Shown piece by piece: positions 56,851 through 64,000 of a stretch of 64,000 bases of DNA. The stretch spans positions 2,080,001 to 2,144,000 of the forward strand of contig CAVXGK010000002.1 in NCBI GenBank assembly GCA_963761305.1. The letters are read 5' to 3'. The translations under genes and the position numbers were made by a program. This DNA comes from an uncultured Gemmatimonadaceae bacterium. Lineage in GTDB: Bacteria > Gemmatimonadota > Gemmatimonadetes > Gemmatimonadales > Gemmatimonadaceae. Each line of letters opens with the position of its first letter. Position 1 is the stretch's first letter. Under the pieces are notes generated by a model. The model made no database searches, was not told the DNA's origin, and saw only the letters and a program-made list of their open reading frames with translations.

Positions 56851-58908
56851 TCAGGGGATCGTGAGATTCGAGAGGTAGTCCTCGAGCTCCTTACGCGCGG
56901 CGTCGCGCTTGGCGGTGAGCGTATCGCGATCGGCGTGCAGTGACTCGAGTGTCGATTCCTGTTCGTTGAGTTTGGCGAGCAGGCGCTGGTAGTACTGCGT
57001 GTTGTTCGACACGGTCTTCATGTTCTCGCGAATCCGACCCTGCTCCGTAGTAATCCCATTTATGTCGGCGGTGCGCGCCGCGATTTGGCGGTCGAGGTCT
57101 GACATCGCGTTCTTGAGCGAGATGGCCTTGGCGATCGCGTCGCGGACGTTGGACGGGATCGAGCCGGTGCGCTGGTAGACGAGGAGCTGCGTCACATCCA
57201 TCGGCATGATCGCCAACTGCTCGGTCTGCGTCGACTGCTCCTTCACGGCGAACGTCGCCGCCTTGTGCGCGGGCGCGTCGCCCTTGAAGCGGTAGACGGA
57301 TGCCGTCGTCTCGAGCGGCTTCTGCGTGTCGACGAGCGTCCATCCCCCGCGAACGGGGTGTTCGATGATGATCGTCTTGTCTTTGGCGCTCTTGTTCTCG
57401 AGCGTGTACGACTTGGTCGACTCCATGTGCCGGTCGACCCAGAGCATGCCTTTGACGATGCGCGCGGTGGTGACGACGGCGTTGCTCGACGTCCATTTCG
57501 TGGTGGCAATGGTTTCGAGATCGACGCCGTAGCTCAAGAGACGGTCCTGCCCAGGCGGGACGTCGTCGATGCGCGCGTCGCCGGCGTAGCCGACGTCCAT
57601 CACGGTGAGCGGACCTTGCAGCAGATGCTTGCCGCTCGTGTTTTTCATGCGGACGCCGTTGAGCGGGTGGCTGCCGAGCACGGCGTCGTTGTAGATCGAC
57701 AGGCGCTCGACCTGGACGCTGTCGTTCACGATCGGCAGCATGGCCGACTTCTGACGCGCGAGCGTGACGTTGCCGACGGCGTACTGAAAGAGCTCACCCA
57801 TCTGCCCCGACGTGCCGAGCGGCTGAATCGACGCCCCAGCGTCGAGCTCTTTGTCCATTCCCGCCACGACGACCTCGCTCAGCGCCATCGGGCCTCGGAT
57901 CATGATCGGGCCGTTGGCGGCGCGCGAGCCATACAGAACGTCGCGGGCAGCGCTTTTCGCGGCGGCGGGTGACGCCGCTGGCGCGAAAGCGACGGAATCG
58001 ACCGCGGACATCGCGTCGTCGTAGCGCTGCGGCGTCAAACCGGCCCACAGCTCGGGGCGCACGACGGGACGCGTCGCGTACAGCGGGCGATAGAGATCCA
58101 TGATGAACGACACCGGACGTCCGCTCACCAGCGAGAGCGAGACGTTGTTCCAGTCGCTCTCGGTCTGGTTCTCGACCATCGCCCAGCCCTGCAGATATGC
58201 CGACGTCTTGTCGCCGAGTAGCAGACGATAGCTCGTCTTCCAGACCGGCGTCTCGACGACGTACCCGATCCGCACTCGGCGATCCCCGGCGCCGTTGAAG
58301 TTGATCGTGACGGGCTTCTTGTCCTGGTCGCGCGCCTGCACGAGCGCGGTGAGCGCTTTGGTCAGTTCGTCTTGCAGCTGCGGATCGTCGAGCGTGAGGC
58401 TGGAGATCGACGGCAGCTCGATGGAGCGGATGGCGGCGCCGGTCATGAGGTTGAGCACTGGCACCTCGATCGGCAGCTCGCCGCGATCGGCGATCTTCTG
58501 CCGTCGCTCGACGCCAAGGATCGTGCCGGTGATGTGCTCGGCTTGTTCGTTGATGGTGACGCGCGCGCCGCGCAGCTGCTCGAGAAGATCGGCGAGGCTC
58601 GGGTTGCGCGTTATGTCGACCTGAAAGCTCCTGAGCGTCTTGTCGAGCGGATCCAGCGACGGATAGGTGATGGCGCCGACGTGGCCGCCGTCTTCGTCCT
58701 GGAGGACGATCGATTTCAGGATGTCGTTGATCTGGTTCGTCTTGAAGCGCAGTTGGGTGGTCGCGTTGCCGCGCACCGTGCCGGCGTGCTCGAAGTACCC
58801 GACGCCCGACGAAAACAGCATGACTTTCGTGACCGGGACTGACTGTGCTCCGGCCAGACTGACCGCGGTCAACCACCCCGCCATTGCAAAGTGCAAGTGC
58901 GCGCGCAT
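56851..58908 (-). CDS. DUF4139 domain secreted protein
   Basis: V.LFSSGVGYFEH, INDILKS, PVWKTSYRL, LQGWA.VEN...DW..V.L.LVSGRP; coiled-coil tail. Confidence 0.85.
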   Translation of the reverse strand: MRAHLHFAMAGWLTAVSLAGAQSVPVTKVMLFSSGVGYFEHAGTVRGNATTQLRFKTNQINDILKSIVLQDEDGGHVGAITYPSLDPLDKTLRSFQVDITRNPSLADLLEQLRGARVTINEQAEHITGTILGVERRQKIADRGELPIEVPVLNLMTGAAIRSIELPSISSLTLDDPQLQDELTKALTALVQARDQDKKPVTINFNGAGDRRVRIGYVVETPVWKTSYRLLLGDKTSAYLQGWAMVENQTESDWNNVSLSLVSGRPVSFIMDLYRPLYATRPVVRPELWAGLTPQRYDDAMSAVDSVAFAPAASPAAAKSAARDVLYGSRAANGPIMIRGPMALSEVVVAGMDKELDAGASIQPLGTSGQMGELFQYAVGNVTLARQKSAMLPIVNDSVQVERLSIYNDAVLGSHPLNGVRMKNTSGKHLLQGPLTVMDVGYAGDARIDDVPPGQDRLLSYGVDLETIATTKWTSSNAVVTTARIVKGMLWVDRHMESTKSYTLENKSAKDKTIIIEHPVRGGWTLVDTQKPLETTASVYRFKGDAPAHKAATFAVKEQSTQTEQLAIMPMDVTQLLVYQRTGSIPSNVRDAIAKAISLKNAMSDLDRQIAARTADINGITTEQGRIRENMKTVSNNTQYYQRLLAKLNEQESTLESLHADRDTLTAKRDAARKELEDYLSNLTIP

Positions 58909-59010
58909 GAGGGCCTCGTCTCCAGTATCTACTCAGACAACTTCACGAATGGCCGGTTGGGCCACATCGTTCTGTAGGAGACGCGCGGGGTTTCGATACT
59001 TGCACACGTC

Positions 59011-59280
59011 AACAGCAACAGCATCAGCAACAACGACAGCAACAGCAACAGCAACAGCTCGACGCAGAGACGCGGAGGGGGACTTAGAGACGCAGAGGGT
59101 CCCAGCCGACTCAAATGGAGACAACAAGGGCTCTTGGGCCGTTTGTTTCAGTTTGTTCTCCGTTGGTTTCGGCAGTTCTCGTTGATGCTCGGCTGTGGTG
59201 GCGGCTTGGGCGCCACGTCGAGCGGGAACGATAGGACACTGAAACAGACGGAATGAACGGACACAAACGGAGGGAACGAT
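59011..59280. repeat. composite low-complexity intergenic repeats
   Basis: (AACAGC)n 59011-59058; CGCAGAGACGCGGAG 59062-59099; inverted AAACGG/AAACAG-rich tracts at ~59139-59170 and ~59240-59272. Confidence 0.7.
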
Positions 59281-59310
59281 TTTGACTTTCGTTCGGCCGG
59301 GAAAAGTCGC

Positions 59311-59372
59311 GGTCCACCGGTCCACCGGTCCACCGGTCCACCGGTCCACCGGTCCACCGGTCCACCGGTCTA
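59311..59372. repeat. (GGTCCACC)7 tandem repeat
   Basis: seven perfect units abutting the stop codon of the PQQ-type dehydrogenase gene. Confidence 0.95.
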
Positions 59373-60611
59373 CGGCCGGTAGACGATCTTCCAGATTCGG
59401 CCGCCCTTGTCGTCGGTGAGATACACGGCGCCGTCGGGGCCTTGGGCGAGACCGACGGGGCGGTGGGTGGCGCCCGTCGGAGTTGGGACGTCGCCGGCGA
59501 AGCCGGAGGCGAAGGTCGAGTAGGATGTGGCTTGGCCGTCTTTGAAATGCAGGAAGACGACTTGATAGCCCTCTTCCGGCATCGGACGCCGATACGCGGA
59601 GCCGTGGAAGGCGATGAAGGCGCCGCCACGATAGTCGGCGGGGAACATCGTTCCCGTATAGAAAAGAATCGACATCGGCGACCAATGCGCCGGGAACACG
59701 AGCAACGGCTGGATCAGGTGGTCGCAACGCGTCGTGATACGGCCGTCGCCGCCGTACTCGGGCGCCAGCTTGCGCTCGTCCTTTAGATAATCGTAATAGC
59801 AGTAGGGCCAGCCGAAGTCGGCGTGCGACGAGGCCACGCGCACCAACTCTTCGCTGGCGGCTTCGGCGGCGTCGGCCTCGGTGTAGAAGGCCGGCCAGCC
59901 TTCGTGCAGACCGTCGCGTCCGTGCGACACGGCGATGACCGACGAGTCCGACGGGCGGACGCCGAGCGCGACGGCGTTGTGCAGACCCGTCGCGATGCGG
60001 GTGCCGCTGGCGATGGTCTGATGCGTGTGGTCGAGCTTGAAGCTCCAGATGCCGCCGCTCGCGTCGAGCTCGGGGCATGGACTCTGGCCCGTCGCGGCCA
60101 CGGCGGTGTCCTTCGCGCAACCGTTCGAGGCCGCGCCGACGTTGACGAGCAGATTGCCTCGAAAGTCGATCGCCAGCGTGTGCGACGGGATCGGCCGCTC
60201 GGCGAGCCCGGAGATGATCGTGTCGACATGCCCGCGCAAGCCGAGCGTTCCGGTGAGGTGATAGCGGAGAATCTGGTCCGACGTCGACGCGATGAGCGTC
60301 GAGTCGCTCTGTAGCACGACGCCGTGGACTCCCGTCTCGCCGAACCGCTCCAGAGTGTCGGCGTGTCCGTCGTGCTTCCGGTCGCGCAGCGCGACCACTC
60401 CGCCCGGCACGTGCCGTTGGTCGACGACGCCGACGAACACGTCGCCGTTCGACCGCACCGCGATCTCACGCGCCGGACCAACCGTGTCGGCGAAGATGAG
60501 CGCGCAAAACTTCGGAGGCAGCTTGATGCTCGCGTCGCAATCGGGAGCGGAAACGGGCTTGTGCGCGCAGGCAGCGGTGAGAAACAAGAAGAGGGTAGAC
60601 CGGTAGCTCAG
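59370..60611 (-). CDS. PQQ-dependent sugar/sorbosone dehydrogenase family lipoprotein
   Basis: LTAAC lipobox; ATGLHN..L, FGWPYCY, PAHWSP..I.FY, AFHGS, RPVGLAQGPDGA.Y.TDD.GG.IW; likely CTG start overlapping the upstream TGA. Confidence 0.85.
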   Translation of the reverse strand: MSYRSTLFLFLTAACAHKPVSAPDCDASIKLPPKFCALIFADTVGPAREIAVRSNGDVFVGVVDQRHVPGGVVALRDRKHDGHADTLERFGETGVHGVVLQSDSTLIASTSDQILRYHLTGTLGLRGHVDTIISGLAERPIPSHTLAIDFRGNLLVNVGAASNGCAKDTAVAATGQSPCPELDASGGIWSFKLDHTHQTIASGTRIATGLHNAVALGVRPSDSSVIAVSHGRDGLHEGWPAFYTEADAAEAASEELVRVASSHADFGWPYCYYDYLKDERKLAPEYGGDGRITTRCDHLIQPLLVFPAHWSPMSILFYTGTMFPADYRGGAFIAFHGSAYRRPMPEEGYQVVFLHFKDGQATSYSTFASGFAGDVPTPTGATHRPVGLAQGPDGAVYLTDDKGGRIWKIVYRP

Positions 60612-63565
60612 AAATTCACTCCCGACACGACGTAAACCTGCACCGCATTCTGTCCGAACAGCGTGCGGTTGTAGGTTGGCGCGACGACACCTAAACGAAA
60701 TCGGTACGCCGAGTCCCACGAGAGGATGCCGAGGTTGACGTTGAGCTCCGCGCCGGCCGACGCGATCTCGACGCGGCGGGTGAGGAGCGGGTCGAAAATA
60801 TTGCAGACCTCGCGCCCGGCGGCGACGCTCGGACACCACGCCGAGCCGACGTCGGTGAAGAACGAGATGAACGTGCGGTCGAGGAAGAACGGCAAGATGC
60901 CGGGCGATTCGCCGACCAGCCAGAGCGGCATGCGATACTCAGCCGTGCCGGAAAACGCGCGTGTGCCAAAGAGAGTGCTCGACGGAAATCCGCGGACCGG
61001 AAACGTTTCGCGTCCTTCGCCAATCGTGTAGCCGGGAACCACCTGGAACGTACCGCCGTTGATGCCGCCGACGTCGTAGTAACCGTCGGTGTTCACGTCG
61101 GCCCAACCGACGGCGCCGCGCAGCGCGATCACGTGATGCGAGAATCCGGGCAGGTCGAGCGACTTGTACAGTTGCAACGTGGCCACTGTGCTGAGGCTGG
61201 CACCGCCCTGCGCCGCCGGCCCGCTGCGGAATCGATCGCGCAGCGTCGTGTTGAACTGGAGGCCGTCTTCGGGGGAGATGCTGAACGCCGGCCGTTGGTA
61301 GTTGGCGTACCCGAGCGCGCCGATGAGCATCGGGAAGGTCGGACTGCCCAGCTCGCCGGCGGTGTCGAGACTGGTCAGCGCCACGGGTGCGTTCGTCGTG
61401 TGCGAAAGGGCTTCGACGCCGAACCCGCCGGTGAGCGACAGCGACGTCCGCACACGCTGGCGCAGCCAGGTGCCGAGCACCTCGGCGTCGAGCGTTCGCT
61501 GAAAGACTTCACCGATGATCGGACGGCCTGGCGTGCGCGCGAAGACGCCGCCGAGGCTCTGCCAGTCTTGCGACAGGTCGACCCCGATCACCGGAAGACC
61601 GAGTCCAGCATATTGGTAGAAGAAGGATCCGACGATGCCTGTGTTGTTGGTCGGGAACTCGAGCGTCGCCTGCATGGCGTGCTGGCCGACGACGTCTTGC
61701 CCGGTCGTGGTGAGACCGAAGCGGTAGCCGTTGTCGATGCCGGGGTCGAGGACGGGCAGCCAGTAGCGCGGATAAAACGTGCGCCACGCGTGGTAGCGCC
61801 CGACCGGGCTGCTGTCGACGACGACCGGCGCGACGCCCGCGTGCGGGAGCGTGTCGAGATAGTCGGGCACCGCGGTGCCGGCCGTCGTGGCGTAGCGCCC
61901 GAAGCCCAAGTGATAGCCGTCGATCCGGAAATCGGTGGCGGCCGCGTGGACGCCGTCCGGTGCGGGGATGGCGTCGAACGTGCCAGTGGTGACGTCGCTC
62001 AAGCGTCGCGTCGAGGCGCCGTCGAACGTGCGGGTATTGGAAAAGCGCTCGACGTAGATCTGCGTGGCGCCGTCGCGATCGGAGTTGTACATCACTCCCG
62101 CGTCGCCCGGCAGCCAGCTCGGCGTGGCTTCGATCGAGCGGCCGCTGGAGACGATGTGCAGGATGTGGCCGAGCGTGTCGAGGACGACGATCTGCGCCAC
62201 GTTGCCGCGGAGCCAGCGCGCGGCGACGATGCGGTCGCCGGAGTGGGACCATTCGGGCTCGGTCCACCACTCGTCGAAGCTGCCCACGGTGAGCGGCGTG
62301 ATCGTCTTGCCGTCGGGCGACACGCGCACGAGATGCGTAGCGCCCGGCGTTATCTGCGCGGCGACTATCGCGCCGTCGCTCCGCAGGTCGGGGGTGATGA
62401 GACGCTCGCCGTGCGTGATCCGATGCTCCGAGCGGCCGCGCTGCACCACGAGATCGGCGCGCTCCTGATACGGATTGATGAAGTCTATTTGAGAGAACAA
62501 CAACGCGCCGTCGGCCAGTTCCAGATTCGGCGAGGAGTTGTTGCGCCGCCCCACGCGATGTCGCGCGCCTGCTGTGTCGACGCGGTAGGCGCCGAAGGTC
62601 TGGCGGCCGGGCCCGCCACTATAGATGATGGCCGAGTCGCCGAGCCAGCGCGGATCGGCGGCGAACGGACCGTCGCGGGTGAGTTGCCGCCACGCCTCGA
62701 GCGGGCGCGCGCCGGGTTCGCGAATCGTCTTGGCGATGGAGTCGCGGAACTCACCCCACGCCCTGCTGAACGAGACGCCGAAGGCTTTCTTGGCGGATGG
62801 ATTCAGCCACCATGGGATGAGAAAGTTGCTCTCGCTCTCGACGAACTTGCGGATGTCCCCTTGCCCGCCCGAGTTGGCGAGGTAGTCGACGAAGAGAGAG
62901 CCGTACGCGTACGCCGATTCGCCGAAGGGAAAGCGCCCCTGTCCGAGGCTCCACGCGCCGATGCGCGGAAAGGCGCCGTCGATGGTGGACGAGCGCGCGA
63001 TCATGCGGTGCTCGGAGCCTTCGATGCGTCCGGCGCCGGCGAGGTGCGACTCCTCGTGGACGGCGAGTCCCTCGGTGAGCCACGACGGCGCGTAGAGGTT
63101 GGGGAACACCGGCGGCGCGCGGCCGAAGATGTGTTGGGCGAGCGCCCAGACGCCGCGCGTGCGATCGAGGTGGAAGATGTGCGTGAGCTCGTGCGTGATC
63201 ACCATCTGCGTCCAATCGTTCGTGTAGCGAAGCGCCGTCTCGTTGATCGGCGGATTGGCGTAGACGAGGATGCGGTTCGTCGGGAAAGGCGTCGCGTTTC
63301 CGTTGGAGAAGTCCGCGTCGTCGGTGAGGGTGACGTCGATCATCCCCCGCGGCGGATGCATCTCGTTCGACAACTGCGCGTACGCACGCTCGGCGTCGCC
63401 GGCGAGCCGGCGGGCGAGCGGCTCGAGCGGCGGGTTGAAGTTGATGCGGAAGTGCTTGGTGGTGATGGTGCGCCACTCGAGATACGGGGCCTGGGCCGGG
63501 GCGCGCGCGGGAAGGGCGATCGCTGCGAGGAACAGCGCGGCCCGTAGGAGGTGGCCCCCCTTCAC
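60608..63565 (-). CDS. outer-membrane protein: zinc-peptidase-like N-domain, PD40 propeller, Omp85-like barrel
   Basis: WRTITTKHF, ITHELTHIFH, P.WL.EGLA, P.W repeats, VRGF, terminal Phe. Confidence 0.8.
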   Translation of the reverse strand: MKGGHLLRAALFLAAIALPARAPAQAPYLEWRTITTKHFRINFNPPLEPLARRLAGDAERAYAQLSNEMHPPRGMIDVTLTDDADFSNGNATPFPTNRILVYANPPINETALRYTNDWTQMVITHELTHIFHLDRTRGVWALAQHIFGRAPPVFPNLYAPSWLTEGLAVHEESHLAGAGRIEGSEHRMIARSSTIDGAFPRIGAWSLGQGRFPFGESAYAYGSLFVDYLANSGGQGDIRKFVESESNFLIPWWLNPSAKKAFGVSFSRAWGEFRDSIAKTIREPGARPLEAWRQLTRDGPFAADPRWLGDSAIIYSGGPGRQTFGAYRVDTAGARHRVGRRNNSSPNLELADGALLFSQIDFINPYQERADLVVQRGRSEHRITHGERLITPDLRSDGAIVAAQITPGATHLVRVSPDGKTITPLTVGSFDEWWTEPEWSHSGDRIVAARWLRGNVAQIVVLDTLGHILHIVSSGRSIEATPSWLPGDAGVMYNSDRDGATQIYVERFSNTRTFDGASTRRLSDVTTGTFDAIPAPDGVHAAATDFRIDGYHLGFGRYATTAGTAVPDYLDTLPHAGVAPVVVDSSPVGRYHAWRTFYPRYWLPVLDPGIDNGYRFGLTTTGQDVVGQHAMQATLEFPTNNTGIVGSFFYQYAGLGLPVIGVDLSQDWQSLGGVFARTPGRPIIGEVFQRTLDAEVLGTWLRQRVRTSLSLTGGFGVEALSHTTNAPVALTSLDTAGELGSPTFPMLIGALGYANYQRPAFSISPEDGLQFNTTLRDRFRSGPAAQGGASLSTVATLQLYKSLDLPGFSHHVIALRGAVGWADVNTDGYYDVGGINGGTFQVVPGYTIGEGRETFPVRGFPSSTLFGTRAFSGTAEYRMPLWLVGESPGILPFFLDRTFISFFTDVGSAWCPSVAAGREVCNIFDPLLTRRVEIASAGAELNVNLGILSWDSAYRFRLGVVAPTYNRTLFGQNAVQVYVVSGVNF

Positions 63566-64000
63566 TGCGCCAGCGACCGAAAGTACGCCTCGATGCCGTC
63601 GGCCACGCCGCGCGCGTAGCGTTCCTGGAACTCCGCCGTTCTGAGAGCGTTCTCCTGTTCAGGAATCATCAAGAACGCGCCCTCGCAGATGAGCGCCGGC
63701 ATCCACGTCGTGCGGCCGATGGCGATGTTCTGGTAGTGGATGCCGAGGTCGCGGAGACCCATCTCGCGCTCCATGCCGGACTGCACCAGGCGCGCGAGCG
63801 GCTCGGATTGTGGATGGAAGAACAGCGTGCTGGTGCCGACGTTCGGGAATGGATCGACGCCGTCGCCGAACGCGTTCAGATGAATCGAGACGAGCGCGTC
63901 GGAGTTCGCGCGCCGGGCGATGACCGAGCGCAGATGGAGATCGACGGCGTCCATGGTCGTGCGCGTCATCACGACGTGCGCGCCGCGCTGCTCGAGGAGG
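63562..64000 (-). CDS. N-acetylmuramoyl-L-alanine amidase (Amidase_3), 3' part
   Basis: V.MTR, L..R...A....SD.LVSIHLNA, MPALICE..F. Confidence 0.88.
   Translation of the reverse strand, partial: LLEQRGAHVVMTRTTMDAVDLHLRSVIARRANSDALVSIHLNAFGDGVDPFPNVGTSTLFFHPQSEPLARLVQSGMEREMGLRDLGIHYQNIAIGRTTWMPALICEGAFLMIPEQENALRTAEFQERYARGVADGIEAYFRSLAQ

Noticed and set aside
61133..63547. Long antisense ORFs (also 33605-35191, 16633-18078, 39028-40131, 35902-37167)
   Set aside because: Shadow ORFs of real genes caused by high-GC codon bias; no protein motifs.

Overview
High-GC bacterial DNA, mostly accessory genes. The gene repertoire (BTAD/SARP regulator with TPR tail, Ser/Thr kinase with PD40 propeller, PadR, CarboxypepD_reg proteins, class II RNR) suggests Gemmatimonadota; this is an inference. 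Bases 1-43.6 kb hold a patchwork of secreted enzymes and lipoproteins. These include an AmpC-like hydrolase, PIP and POP peptidases, two multicopper oxidases, a PHM-like copper protein, an FMN-binding/ApbE/RnfD-like flavinylation operon and an Omp85-family protein, with toxin-antitoxin relics and two Uma2 paralogs in between. Bases ~44-53.2 kb look like a decaying island with many frameshifted genes, ending at the nrdJ terminator. Bases 53.2-64 kb are more housekeeping-like (nrdJ, gamma-CA, DUF4139, PQQ-type dehydrogenase, Omp85/PD40 protein, amidase). The most notable unexplained signals are: (1) a ~103-nt promoter-driven, tRNA-like RNA with two T-arms at 45995-46097; (2) a conserved promoter/operator plus 8-codon uORF leader shared by both Uma2 genes; (3) an 8-bp repeat family that has entered coding sequences (nrdJ, apbE); (4) a four-domain multicopper oxidase with permuted copper motifs; (5) a 35-bp direct repeat flanking a two-lipoprotein cassette. 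No CRISPR array, rRNA, complete tRNA, integrase or transposase was seen. All family calls come from motif recognition by eye, not database searches.
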